64,000 nt of DNA. It comes from an uncultured Nitrososphaerales archaeon (GTDB taxonomy: Archaea > Thermoproteota > Nitrososphaeria > Nitrososphaerales > Nitrososphaeraceae). The stretch is from contig CAVQMO010000010.1 of NCBI GenBank assembly GCA_963713605.1, forward strand, positions 992,001 through 1,056,000, given 5' to 3'. Below, piece by piece: positions 10,984 to 22,812 of this stretch (positions are counted from its first letter, which is position 1; every line of letters starts with the position of its first letter). The translations under genes and the position numbers were made by a program. Below the pieces are notes generated by a model. The model made no database searches and had not been told where the DNA came from. It was given only the letters and a program-made list of their open reading frames with translations.

Positions 10984-12483
10984 ATGAGGTGCGAGAGCCC
11001 TGTCATGAATCAGATCCTTGATGCTTACAGACCAATGTGGTCGCTAAAACATGCCATTTCTCTAATGGGCTGGGACTTTGAGACTTATATGCCTAGGGAA
11101 GGCACAGAAGAAAGAGGAGTGGCCGATTCTCAACTTCATATGCTGCATAAGGATCTTCTGCTAAACAAAGATTTTGTTGGTCTTGTTGAGTCAGCGAAGA
11201 AACTGGAGAGGCTTAGCGACTTAGAGAAGGGAATTGTACGGGTACTCAACAGGGAAATAACCAAGCAGATTAATATACCCAAAGAGTTAACTGAAGCAGA
11301 ATCTCTGGAAAGAATAAGGGGAAACATAGCATGGAGGGAAGCGAGAGAAAAATCTGCTTTCAAGATGTATGAAACCCACTTGAAGAAAATGATAGAAATA
11401 AAGAAGCAAATCGCTGAGAAGATAGGTTATAAAAAGCATCCATATGATGCGCTTTTGGATACCTTCGAAGAAGAGCTTACAGTGGATGACTTGGATAGAG
11501 TATTCGGTGCATTGACTCCACGTATTCAGAAGATTCTGAAAAAACTCGTAGATTCAGGCAGCCCATTTTGCAAAGAGAGCAAACTTGGAAAATCAAAGTA
11601 TGATATCCAAAAAGTTGATGAGCTCAATCGTGATATTTTGACTCTCCTGCAATACGACATGAAACGTTTTAGAATGGATGTATCTACTCATCCTTTCACT
11701 GAGGCTGTGGGCCTCAACGACGTCAGAATAACTACCCGGTATGAAGGGACTGATTTCAAAAAGTCGATATCCAGTACTATTCATGAAGCTGGTCATGCCT
11801 TGTATAATCTGCAATGCGATCAGTCATTGTCTGTTACTCCTCTTGAAGGCGGATCTTCGCTCGCGCTCCATGAATCTCAGTCAAGGTTTTGGGAGAATAT
11901 TGTGGGCAGAGGCCTGCCTTTTGTTCAATTGATAGCTCCTTTGATTAGAAAGCAAGTAAGTTTCGCAAACCAAGCAACAGCTGACGAACTGTACCTATAT
12001 TTCAATAATGTCAAGGCTGATTACATACGAGTTGACGCCGACGAAGTTACTTACAATCTCCATATAGCAATAAGATATGAGATAGAGAAAAAAATATTTG
12101 GAGATGAGCTCGGCGTCTCTGAGATTCCTGAATTCTGGAACGATAGAATGGAGCAGTTGCTTGGAGTGAGACCAACTAAGGATTCACAGGGAGTGCTTCA
12201 AGATACACATTGGAGCAGTGGCCTTTTTGGCTATTTCCCAACTTACACTTTGGGAAACTTGATTTCAGCGATCATTGCTTCAAAGATGTGCAAAGATCTG
12301 GAGGGCTACGAGGAAGACATTAAGAAGGGTAATTTCGAGCCTATTAGGAAATGGTTAAGATTAAAAATACACCAGTATGGATCTGTTTATGCCCCCAAAG
12401 TACTTCTTAGTAATACCTTAAATGAAGGCTATAACCCGGATTACTTTGTTACCTACATAGAGACTAAATACCTTGGGTTCTAA
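10984..12483 (+). CDS. Carboxypeptidase M32 (Taq-type) metallopeptidase
   Basis: HPF, DVRITTRY, HEAGH, HESQS, IRVDADE and GYFPTYTLG motifs. Confidence 0.95.
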   Translation: MRCESPVMNQILDAYRPMWSLKHAISLMGWDFETYMPREGTEERGVADSQLHMLHKDLLLNKDFVGLVESAKKLERLSDLEKGIVRVLNREITKQINIPKELTEAESLERIRGNIAWREAREKSAFKMYETHLKKMIEIKKQIAEKIGYKKHPYDALLDTFEEELTVDDLDRVFGALTPRIQKILKKLVDSGSPFCKESKLGKSKYDIQKVDELNRDILTLLQYDMKRFRMDVSTHPFTEAVGLNDVRITTRYEGTDFKKSISSTIHEAGHALYNLQCDQSLSVTPLEGGSSLALHESQSRFWENIVGRGLPFVQLIAPLIRKQVSFANQATADELYLYFNNVKADYIRVDADEVTYNLHIAIRYEIEKKIFGDELGVSEIPEFWNDRMEQLLGVRPTKDSQGVLQDTHWSSGLFGYFPTYTLGNLISAIIASKMCKDLEGYEEDIKKGNFEPIRKWLRLKIHQYGSVYAPKVLLSNTLNEGYNPDYFVTYIETKYLGF

Positions 12484-13310
12484 AGCCTAGCCTATTTGAT
12501 TAAAATTATATTTTAACTCTTCTTATACTATTTTTTTATGATTTCTTTTGCAAGAAGTGGGTACTTCGCGGATAATCTTAAAGTCTAGACAATAGAATCC
12601 GATTACACGCAGGAATCTAATCTCATCCAGTCTATTCCTACTGTGGTAAGAATAGTCAGCTATGTTGATAATACTAAGTGATTTGACGCATTAATTTTAA
12701 TAAAATTTGTTAACAAAAAGTTATTCATCTAATATAATACGATTCTACATGCTAGAAGAAATAACCAAGGCTAAAACTAGCCCTCCTTTGAAAGGGAATA
12801 ACCTGAAGGTACTTAGGTTCAATGAGTAATCTAATCCCCTATCAGGATGTAGACACAGTCTGTCGAAAAATATAGCGTGTATGCTATTGAAGAAAGTAAT
12901 GTTAATGCCATTAAAAATGCAGTCAAATTTAGTTTGCGCTATTTCTTACTCATTTCTTAATGCAATTACAAATTTGGTTGCAAAGATTAAATGTATTCGA
13001 CGACAATTTCATGCGTTTAGAAGAGGGAGTTGCCAACAACCTAAGGTATTTGTGAAGATAAAATAGATAAATTCTTAAAGTCTCTGACGAGATCTAAAGC
13101 CAGCCAAAAAGATTGCCCAGATCTGTTATATGATAGATAGACAGAAGGTAAATTGTTTAAGTTTGTCCTATTAGGTCTTCAGCGAACCGATTGAACACGA
13201 ATTGGAATCAAAATAATGTTTCAGGTGTTGTAGGCGAAAGGACCGAAATGACAGATTTCATATTAAGGCATGACGTTAATATTTTGATTCAACAGCCAGA
13301 TTTAGATTGC

Positions 13311-14021
13311 TTATGCGAATATTTTCTTACGTGCAACCATCTCATTCTCAAGAAGATTACTCTGATATTGGATACTCCTTTGTAAATAATGATTATTCCG
13401 AAGATCATCGTCATTATACAGAGTAATACCATTGATTTCGGAAGAGTATTTTCTTGTTGTGAAATTTCTAGATGGATCATCGACGTCAACCAAATTGCAA
13501 TGAATCAAATGATATATTAGTTTGGCAGGTTTGTAAAATACCCTTTCTATGTACCTTTCCCTAATGAAATCTGGCTTTTCAAAATGCTTTTCAAATATTT
13601 TGATGCCATAAACATCTGGTGTATCCTTCATTTTATCATTGATAGGAGCACCAGTTTTGTATTCTTTAATCTTGGCAAGATTTTTAGAAAACTCATTTGC
13701 GTCTATAATCGCATACTCGTCTGAATCAATAACTAGAAGAAAATCTATCTCTTTGGTACCGGCAATTTCAAGATACTTGTTTCTCTTATCTATTTCAGTA
13801 AGGTTAGGGTAGCTATAATAAATTGCATTAGGAAATGATTCTACAACTTTTCTTGAATTATCAATACTGAGATCATGATCGTCATCAAAATGCTTGAACT
13901 TTCCATCGATTGCGATTATGAGATCGACATATGATTGTATGGAACTCAGACATCTCTGAAGTCCTTTCTCATCATCAAAGAATACAATTCCAGCAGCAGT
14001 TGTTACTATTTGGTTATTCAT
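13311..14021 (-). CDS. GT-A/GT2-like glycosyltransferase, copy 1
   Basis: GIVFFDDEKGLQRCLSSI...IAIDG...SIDNS, KRNKYL and DxD motif IDSDE. Confidence 0.65.
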   Translation of the reverse strand: MNNQIVTTAAGIVFFDDEKGLQRCLSSIQSYVDLIIAIDGKFKHFDDDHDLSIDNSRKVVESFPNAIYYSYPNLTEIDKRNKYLEIAGTKEIDFLLVIDSDEYAIIDANEFSKNLAKIKEYKTGAPINDKMKDTPDVYGIKIFEKHFEKPDFIRERYIERVFYKPAKLIYHLIHCNLVDVDDPSRNFTTRKYSSEINGITLYNDDDLRNNHYLQRSIQYQSNLLENEMVARKKIFA

Positions 14022-14151
14022 ACAGGTTAAAGAGATTTCTAGTATACTGACAAAAATACTGTTTAATCAATGTGTACATATTTTTGCTAGCTATTATTCT
14101 ACTTCCTTGAGGTAGAAAAAATTGTAAATGGGGTGCTGCTTGTTATTCTTA

Positions 14152-15183
14152 TTATCTTCCTATGCACAGACCACTAGGGTTACTTGCTTCACAGCTATTG
14201 TCAGTAAACTTGTTGGTGTTAATATTTGTAGGTAGGCCGTTTGCATTATTGAGGTCGACTATATTTTCCAATATGTTGTTGGCAGTTACTGTGTTATCAG
14301 CGCTTTGTCCATCAAGGAATACTCCGTTTTGACTTCCACGGATATTATTAATGTCTATGCTTGAACGCTTTGTGTTAACGAAAGTAATACCTGCCAAGAG
14401 GTTCGCACTCATAATATTCGAAGATATTTTTGAACCGCTACTTGAGTGAGATGCTACACCTATACTATTACCCTGTATGATGTTTTGTTTTACTTGTACT
14501 TTTTCAGCTCCTGTCATAAATGTACCTATCTGGTTGTTAGATAGTATGACAGAATTAATCGTAAATCCATTTGTTCCAGTAAGAAGTACTCCTGCTTGGA
14601 AGTTGCTGAGTGAACCAGGTCCATTTACTACTACATTATCAACATTTGGTACCATAATCCCAACTTTAGAGCTGTCCTGTCCAGGTCCTGTGATTGAGAA
14701 TCCATTCATGTTAATTACTGTGTTTGCACTACTAATAATGATACCATCTCCACTATTGCAGTTAAGATTTGCAGTTAGATTTACTACTCCGCTTACCACT
14801 TGTCCACATGCTGCACTTATAGGTACTGTTTGCAGCTGCTTGGTAAAGTCATCCCCATCACCACTAACACCAACAGCACCAGTTATTCCAACATTACCTA
14901 TTCCATCGCCTCTAACACCAATGCCACTTCCATCACTACTAATATCTCCACCTTCACTACTAGGCCTAATACCCACATTCTGTATTACCTGTTTTTGGTG
15001 GACTGATTCAATGTTGTTATTTTTATTGCTATTATCCTCATAATGGTTATTATTATCGCCATTGATATGCCTCGGATTTGTTGTATCAGCGGATAATGTA
15101 TGTATCACTGTTAAACTACCTCCCACTACTAATACCCCAATGATTACTATTATTATCGATCTCGTCGTTTTTCTTTGATCCAT
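14152..15183 (-). CDS. Secreted beta-helix (NosD-like) protein, paralogue of 4107..5114
   Basis: Shared AACGQV...SNPSGLC.GR domain; different N-terminal linker. Confidence 0.8.
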   Translation of the reverse strand: MDQRKTTRSIIIVIIGVLVVGGSLTVIHTLSADTTNPRHINGDNNNHYEDNSNKNNNIESVHQKQVIQNVGIRPSSEGGDISSDGSGIGVRGDGIGNVGITGAVGVSGDGDDFTKQLQTVPISAACGQVVSGVVNLTANLNCNSGDGIIISSANTVINMNGFSITGPGQDSSKVGIMVPNVDNVVVNGPGSLSNFQAGVLLTGTNGFTINSVILSNNQIGTFMTGAEKVQVKQNIIQGNSIGVASHSSSGSKISSNIMSANLLAGITFVNTKRSSIDINNIRGSQNGVFLDGQSADNTVTANNILENIVDLNNANGLPTNINTNKFTDNSCEASNPSGLCIGR

Positions 15184-16010
15184 TGTTAGGATCCTCTTCC
15201 TATGCTAGTTTCCTTCCCGCGTAGGGCAATTTTTGTAGGTAATGATGCTAATTCATACATCTTATTATAGATGCGTCGTAAACGTATTCTAATTTCTGCT
15301 CTACTTCTGAATTTCATGACAGAATCAAATAGAACATGTAGACTAGATATTTATGAGAACCTTCTATTATTACTAATAGCTATGTTACTATCTATTTAAT
15401 TAAAGTATCTAGTTATCACATTAAATAGAACTATGTGATCTTAGAAGCGATCATTCTACTAGAAAAAAAATAAAGTCGATATTTAAGAACTGCTTCAGCT
15501 TGTTTTGGTTGTCACGAAATATTCCATTCGAAAAATTGTACCCTTTATTTATCTGGTTGAACATCAACTCCTGTAATATTATTTGTCCGACAATAAATCT
15601 AGCATAACTCATGTACTTTATGGTGAAAAAAAGCGTAGCAGATACGCCATCCCAGTTTCTATCCCGACAAAATGGAGTAGATTTGTATGGTGATGCTAAC
15701 ACAACTGCACAAGTTATTGAAATTTATAGGAAAATGTAATCTGACTCTAACATAATTAAGTTTCTCATCGATATTACAAAGAGTTAATGAAGTTAACTAG
15801 AAGTACATAGTGCCTTCTGTCTAAATGATGTTTGCTTAACATCTTTCTTTTCTTAACTGCCTTATCGAAATCCATTACTGTGTAAATACATGACAATCAA
15901 TTATAAAAAAATGATAGTAGAGTCTGACGGGATGTAAAAAGAGTTAACTATAGAACAGTATTCTTTATTTATTTAGTTGTATATTAACTTCTGGATTACT
16001 GATATTTGCC

Positions 16011-16448
16011 TTGAATAATCCCTCAGCAGCGGACACAATAATTAGCGCTACTGTAAAATCTTCTTCGTCTATTGGTCCTCATAATAAAAGGATTCTTATA
16101 GTAGACGATGAAGAGGACATTGCATATTGCTTCAAGATAGCCCTGGAATGTGCCGGATTTATTGTGGATACATTTAATGATCCCATAAAATCATTATCTG
16201 CCTATAAAGCCGGAGCATACGACCTATTATTGCTTGATATAAAGATGCCGCGGATGGGTGGTTTTGAACTGTATGATAAGATTAAAGCGATTGACTATAA
16301 AGTCAACGTATGTTTTATTACTGCATATGAGGAATATTATGATGAAATCAAAAAGCGATTTCCGCACTCAGAGAAAACAGAATGGTTTATTAGAAAACCA
16401 ATAGGGATGGAAGCGTTAATTAGAACTGTGAAATCGCATCTAAAATAA
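16011..16448 (+). CDS. Stand-alone response-regulator receiver protein
   Basis: ILIVDDE, LLLLDIKMPRMGG, FITA, RKP. Confidence 0.9.
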   Translation: MNNPSAADTIISATVKSSSSIGPHNKRILIVDDEEDIAYCFKIALECAGFIVDTFNDPIKSLSAYKAGAYDLLLLDIKMPRMGGFELYDKIKAIDYKVNVCFITAYEEYYDEIKKRFPHSEKTEWFIRKPIGMEALIRTVKSHLK

Positions 16449-16559
16449 AACTGATTTATCGCTGAAGTACTCTATTGTACAACTATCTAGAACAGCAACA
16501 ACAATTGCAACAGGAGATACAGGGGAAGCTAAACCTGCTGTCATGCATGCTAGGGGTTC

Positions 16560-16920
16560 AGACATCATTATATTAATTTTTTCAAGAGAAGGCTCTTTGC
16601 CAATTGGGTTCTTAATTATGTGTCAACTTTAATTCCAGATAACATATTTAATAGTTCATCTGCTGCGTCAAGCCCTGAAACAAAAATAATCATTGTGCTC
16701 ATTTCAATTGATTTCATCTGATAAAATAGTTGAAGTCCATTAAGGTGTGGCATTCTAATATCTACTTATACCAGATCATTGTAGGAAGCATCGTACTGTG
16801 AAAAACGCTTTACGCCTCCGGCTCACTGAGTGTGTCTACCTTATAGCCTTCCACTTCTAAGAAGCTTTGGTAGGTCAAAAGAATATCTAAATCATCATCT
16901 ACCAAGAGGATTGTGCCAGA
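16560..16920 (-). pseudogene. Response-regulator receiver pseudogene
   Basis: Reverse strand reads TILLVDDDLDILLTYQSFLEVEGYKVDT...*VDIRMPHLNGLQLFYQMK...IIFVSGLD with stops and frameshifts. Confidence 0.75.
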
Positions 16921-17245
16921 TCAGACTTCCAAATTGGCCTTACCCTTCCTTTCAATTTATTTATTGATTAGGTGTCTTACAAAGTACAGTGGTCTTCGTT
17001 ATTTGATCTTGTCTTAATTGTGTGTAATTACTGGTTACGGAATAAACAGGATAAGTTCCCTTTAAATCGGCAACCGAGTGCTCGCTTACTAATTTTTTTC
17101 CTATAGGAAATTATAAAATGAAAAGGCCACTACTAGACCTTTGCATCATAATTGGAGATATAATAAGATAAATCCCCTTATATAGACGCTGTCGAAATAT
17201 ATTACTTAGGTTGACGCTTTCCAGTTCCCGTCATAGTGGTGGAAA

Positions 17246-18866
17246 ATGACTAGGGAGGGCACTGAAGTTTTCTATGGTGTTGATGCCGTTATGAATACAG
17301 TGTTACAATTTTTGTACCAAACTGATGGTAAAATCGATGCCTGCGTAGACTATACTCGCCCTTCATTGGCAATTGATATTGTGATATTGAAGAAAGCATT
17401 TCTCGATGCAAAAAAGCGAGGCGTCAAACTGAGATACGTTACTGAAATTACCAAGGACAACATCTTTTATTGCAAGCAGATGATGATGATGGTTGACGAG
17501 CTTCGACATTTAGATGGAATTAAAGGAAACTTTTACATTAGTGAAACAGGATATCTCGCTCCTGCTACTTTTCATGAAGCAGGAAAACCGGCAGCACAAA
17601 TCATCTATAGCAATGTCAAAGAAATCATCGAGCATCAAAAGTATGTCTTTGAAACCTTATGGAGTAAAACTATCCCTGCAGAGCAGCGAATACGAGAAAT
17701 TGAAGAAGGAACCGAAGCAGAATTTTATGAGGTAATCACTGACAACGAAAAAGCAAGTCAGATCCTTGTTGATATGACAAAATCTACAAGCAAAGAAGCC
17801 CTAATCTTCCTTCCTAATGATAAAGCTATGGTAAGGATCGATAGACTAGGTGTAGTCGATTACCTTGTAAAGGCATCACAGAATGGAGCGAATGTGAAGA
17901 TTATCTGTGAGCTTATCTAAGCAGAATGCAGAGATCCAGAAAAAAATATCAGATAACGCACCAGATATCAGAATACTCGATGGCAATAATTCTCCATATG
18001 GCATGTATATAATGGACCGTAAAAAGTTTCTTAGAGCAGAGCTCAAAAATCCAGGAGCTGAAATATTCTCAGACGCAATTGGTCTAGTAGTATACTCTAA
18101 TAGAAAAATAACTGTGGACTCCTTCGAGTCAGTTTTCGAATTACTTTGGAATGAACGTATGTTGGTTGAAGAATTAAAGAAAGCAGATAGAATGCAAAAA
18201 GAGTTTATAAGTATAGCAGCTCATGAGTTAAAAACGCCAATACAAGCAATACTTGGTATGAGCGGCCTATTGAAATATTATCCTGAAAGAACAGATCAGG
18301 TGATAGAAGTGATAAGCAGGAACGCTGTCAGATTGCAAAGGCTATCTGCTAACATATTAGATGCAACAAGAATTGAGAGTCAAACTTTTAGACTAGAGAG
18401 GGAACGATTCAACATCTGTGATCTGATACCTACTATTATAGAGGACTACAAAGAGAAGATTAAAGACAGTACTTATGATAATGTTGAATTAATTTATGAT
18501 GTTAATCTTAAAAATAATAATCCCATCATTGTAGAAGTGGAGAGGGAAAGAATAATCCAAGTCATTTCTAATCTCTTAAGTAATTCGATGCAGTTTACAA
18601 GGGAAGGTTATATATCTCTTAATGTAGTTGTTAATAATAATAGTAATGAGGTCATCGTTACTGTAAAGGATACTGGTACGGGAATCAACCCTGAAATCTT
18701 ACCAAGACTATTTTCAAAGTTTGTTACGAAATCACAAAAGGGAACAGGTTTAGGACTTTTTATTTCCAAGAGCATCATCGAAGCTCATGGTGGAAGAATT
18801 TGGGCTGAGAATAATGCTAAGGGTAAAGGTGCAACATTTTCATTTAGTTTGCCATTGTCTGAATGA
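17246..18866 (+). CDS. Sensor histidine kinase (duplicated thaumarchaeal N-terminal domain, HisKA, HATPase); frameshift near 17910
   Basis: AAHELKTP H-box, NLLSNS N-box, DTGTG and GTGLGL G-boxes. Confidence 0.9.
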
Positions 18867-19596
18867 TGTGAATACTAGTATCTGCCGTATATATTATGTC
18901 AACCCCTTCTTATATTATCTAATAAGACCAACGGGTGGCTAGCTGAATTCCTAATTACTGTCAGTGTGATTGCAGTAGAGGATTTAATATCAAGAGCGGA
19001 GGAGGCAGTAATGGTCTCTACATTTAATGCTCCTGACGTTCTCTTTGAGGAGATAGAAAGAGAATCAGAAAAGACTTGTTTTTACAAACGGTTGTTCCTA
19101 GACTACAACCTCAAGTCCTTATTTGATGGTCATGCTAACTTGGTCACTAGACTTTCATCAGTAGATTGGTCTCTACCCGAATGAAATTTAGTATAGGAGC
19201 CATTATATTTTTACAATTGAAAATAACATGTGTTGACTGTGGCTCGCAGTCAGCACGAGTGTTATTGAGCAAAAATCGTCGACAGAATGTCCATCATGTC
19301 TCCTAAGCGAGTGTTGCTGCTGGTCTGTTATCCACCAAGGACGTCTTTGATGATAGCAACTTTTATTTGAAACTATACTACTCCTTCAATCGTTTGTATA
19401 ACTCATCTCCACAAACCTTAAAGGTCCTGACCTGAAACCTTTTTCATTCCAATGTCTATCTGTCTCTCCTGCCTCTTGTAAGTCTCATAACAATCAGTAG
19501 GAAAAATCAGTATGAAATTCCGTTATTGCAATGTACACATTTACTTTAATAGTGTATGTTGTGTAGTATAGGTAAGGAATAAAGGTGTAGGGTATA

Positions 19597-19938
19597 ATGA
19601 ATGAAATTTCTAGCAATAGGTATTTCCTGTTGTATACTCTAAAGTGGATGAGTATATACATAGCCATAGGATTCATTGCAGCCTTATTATTGCCATTCCC
19701 TGCATCTCTGATTGGAGCGATCGGAGGATTTATGCTAGTTAACTTCTTGAGGACACGCTCAATGTTGAAAAAGATGGGGATTAGTATGAGAGGACTATTT
19801 GGTTCGCTACGGTCGTCAGATATGGGTCCTTCCATGCATGGATATAGTCCATTAAAATACTATTGTATGAGTTGTGGTAATGAGCACAAAGAAATCGCAT
19901 GCCCTAAATGTGGCTCAAAAATGAAGAGAGTGGAATAA
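19597..19938 (+). CDS. Small membrane protein with C-terminal zinc ribbon
   Basis: Two hydrophobic segments, then YYCMSCG...ACPKCGS. Confidence 0.7.
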   Translation: MNEISSNRYFLLYTLKWMSIYIAIGFIAALLLPFPASLIGAIGGFMLVNFLRTRSMLKKMGISMRGLFGSLRSSDMGPSMHGYSPLKYYCMSCGNEHKEIACPKCGSKMKRVE

Positions 19939-20731
19939 AATAACACAATACCGATGATGGATGGCCGGAAGAAATCGATTAGCACCTAAATTGCATTTGT
20001 ACATTCTGTTGTCTTGCCTCACTTTTTTATGTAAGATTTGAAAGCCAGAAGATGCAGGGTAAAAGTTTCCTATAATGATAATAGCTGAATCACTAGAGAA
20101 TTGGAAGGATACTTAGCAGAATAAATGGCTTTAACGTAGAATCTGTAATTGATTGAACCTGGTCAGTCGATAACGGGTGTTAGCCCTGGGATCACTACGA
20201 TTCGTCGGCGTGACAGACTGCCTTCCCTTCTGGAAACTGTTACTATATGGAAGTGCTATCTATCATGCCTCATTTGTTTAATATATCGATACAGTCTTGA
20301 AGGCTAATCCTTTGTAATAAGTCGTCAAATTCGTATCCTTGTTCAGAAAATATCTCCAATATGCGCGCTTGTATCATTTCACGGACTAAAGACTCTATCT
20401 TTGAAAAGAAATCAAGAATGACTCCTCTGGACGGTGTCAGCTTTTTAATAAAAGATAATTCCAGAAGTTCTCTACGTTTTCTGTTCTTCATTTGTGAACA
20501 CGAAGCCATTGAGATTTAGTAATCAAAAGATGCCTCATTGCAGGTAACTCCCGTAATTTACCTCTCATTAGATTTTATATTTGTGGAATCGCATTGTTAA
20601 TCCTTTGCTCTGCTAGCTCTCACATTTATGAAGTCTCGATACGAGGTGACTATTTTAGATTTGCATTCTCCATGAAACTGATATGTTCTAGACTGATGCC
20701 ACTTCTACTATTACTACACATGAAATCGCTA

Positions 20732-20917
20732 TCAAGTAGTGGTTAGCTTCTCTTGACTATCCACAAAATCTCTAGCTTCCTGAGTTAAGTCTTTGATGAT
20801 AGGAGTACCAACATCTACAGCCTTCTCGAACCCGATAATAATTCCAGAAGAGAAAGTCTCCCATCCGAGGCCTATTATGGCTAAGATAACTACTACTAAT
20901 AAAACAAATCCAAACAA
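20732..20917 (-). CDS. Small membrane protein
   Basis: Hydrophobic N-terminus, GLGWETFSSG; plausible composition. Confidence 0.5.
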   Translation of the reverse strand: MFGFVLLVVVILAIIGLGWETFSSGIIIGFEKAVDVGTPIIKDLTQEARDFVDSQEKLTTT

Positions 20918-21228
20918 GCCTATCCTGTATGTATTTCAGTAAAGTTAGTCATAAAGATTTATATCATCTCTATTATAGAAAAATGCACTGTAAAATTAGT
21001 TATTTCTCTTCTATGAAAATAATCACGCTGCTCAGATTCATTCTCGTTTAGCCGATCATCTATTTCATTATACGTATTTCTCTCATTCGTGAAATGTAAT
21101 CTTATTATTCACAAAATTGACTTGAGACAAGTCTCTATTTAAAGGGATGTTTTGAGGGGTACTTGAGGACTTTCCTCAACTGTATGTAACTTGAATTGTA
21201 AACTCATTACCCCCTTGGAGAAATCTGT

Positions 21229-21465
21229 TTAAAAGAAGGAAAAAGAAAGGCTTAAGTGTACTTCCATCCTTCTAAAGTAGGAGTTCATCTCTATCTCTAG
21301 CCAATCATTTAGCCCTTTACTCAAACTTTTAGTAAAACAAACTTTATGTGTATACCATTTTATTTGACTTGTACTGACAAATTGTATGTAGTTGCCTTTA
21401 TCCAAAAAAATAGGATTGCCGCAGCCTGCACAATTTCTTGTCGGATAGACTTCTTTTTCAGGCAT
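21229..21465 (-). CDS. Small putative Zn-binding protein (CxxC...HxxC)
   Basis: NCAGCG and THKVC; its ATG overlaps the stop of the upstream fragment (TAATG). Confidence 0.5.
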   Translation of the reverse strand: MPEKEVYPTRNCAGCGNPIFLDKGNYIQFVSTSQIKWYTHKVCFTKSLSKGLNDWLEIEMNSYFRRMEVHLSLSFSFF

Positions 21466-21599
21466 TAATTTCGATCTTCCAGTTTATCCTTAATTTGCTT
21501 TTCTTCAATCGTTTCGCTATAGGCATCATAAGTTAATACCATCTTACATTTGACACAAAATTTCTGGTCCGGTCTATTGGGTTCGTTACAATTAGGGCA
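21465..21599 (-). pseudogene. Zinc-ribbon tail recalled from thaumarchaeal tyrosine integrases (remnant)
   Basis: CPNCNEPNRPDQKFCVKCKMVLTYDAYSETIEEKQ*; catalytic domain missing; assignment from memory of the family. Confidence 0.55.
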
Positions 21600-21957
21600 T
21601 TAATATGTCTGTAGATATGCAATTAGCCATCCCTTAATAATCGACCGCCGACATTATTTCTAATCAGAGTGCAAATTAAATATGCATTTTTGTTATTGCG
21701 TTGCGGATGTTGGTCTAACTATTCCTTAACATAAAGGAGTGAACCGATCAGCGGTAGGTGTCTCATTCCTGTTTTACCTTTTCCCAAGACTTCTGCGTAT
21801 TGTTTGTTACCTACTTGTTTAAACACTATATCACGAATGAAATAACTTAGTATTTCATGGTTGGCAAATCCTCTAGTTTAAGTTCATTAACACTCAAGCA
21901 AGAGTTTCTAAGCTTTTAGATATGAATAATTATTCCTAGGCTGTCCGCTGCAGCACC

Positions 21958-22299
21958 TCAAAGTGCTGATTCCCCCGTCTTATTTGTTCTTATATCTAAT
22001 GCAATAGGAACATCTAAAACAAATATCTTTCCGACAATATCATTAGTACGTAGCTTGTCTGCAATCTTGTGAATAAGGCCATCAACTTGATCATCCCTAA
22101 CGATAACTTCGATCTTTGTTCTTGGATTATATTCAGGAGTATACCTCATTGTGCCCAAACCTACTGCTACTTCTTCTGATTTTATACTTCCTCTGCCGTG
22201 GATCCTGTAATGACTCATCCCTCCAACTTGCGACTCCTTAAGCATATCATTTACATCCTTCAGCGCTTGATCTGGCACAAATATTTGAATCTCCTTCAT
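21958..22299 (-). CDS. P-II family nitrogen regulatory protein (divergent)
   Basis: VGGMSHYRIHGRG, PRTKIEVIV, GKIFVLDV, IRTNKTGESAL. Confidence 0.85.
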   Translation of the reverse strand: MKEIQIFVPDQALKDVNDMLKESQVGGMSHYRIHGRGSIKSEEVAVGLGTMRYTPEYNPRTKIEVIVRDDQVDGLIHKIADKLRTNDIVGKIFVLDVPIALDIRTNKTGESAL

Positions 22300-22440
22300 G
22301 GCATTTTCGACTTTAAATTAAACGGTAGCATGATATTTAATAAATACTTAATGTTAATGTAAGCCCATCGATAAATCACCTAATTAGTCTAATGACTTTG
22401 ATTTGGATTGAACAATCGCAAGATAAAGTTTTTCCTTCCA

Positions 22441-22812
22441 TTATATGAAACCACAAATAACAAATAACATCCAACACAAAATACACCGCTCGACGGTGAT
22501 CCTTTCTTCGTCGAATGACAAATTAGAAACCAAATATGAAAAGTAGGACCAATATTTGTTTATTAGTGAGATTAACTTTTCTAATTCTAAAATGGGAATC
22601 ATTTCATATTCTATTATCGTGAAATCATGTAAGAATAATTCATAACTAAAGTCTACAATTTTGTAACTATTGCAATACCTCCGAATAAGATTGTAAAGAT
22701 CACTCTTCATTATTTTGCTAATTTCTGACTTTAGAAGATCGTTATTTGACGAATCAGATGTCATTTTTATCGGCCAACCATGACGAAGCTTTCTTAAGCC
22801 TATCAAAGGCAT
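22441..22812 (-). CDS. Hypothetical protein
   Basis: 123-aa ORF with no recognisable motif. Confidence 0.35.
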   Translation of the reverse strand: MPLIGLRKLRHGWPIKMTSDSSNNDLLKSEISKIMKSDLYNLIRRYCNSYKIVDFSYELFLHDFTIIEYEMIPILELEKLISLINKYWSYFSYLVSNLSFDEERITVERCILCWMLFVICGFI

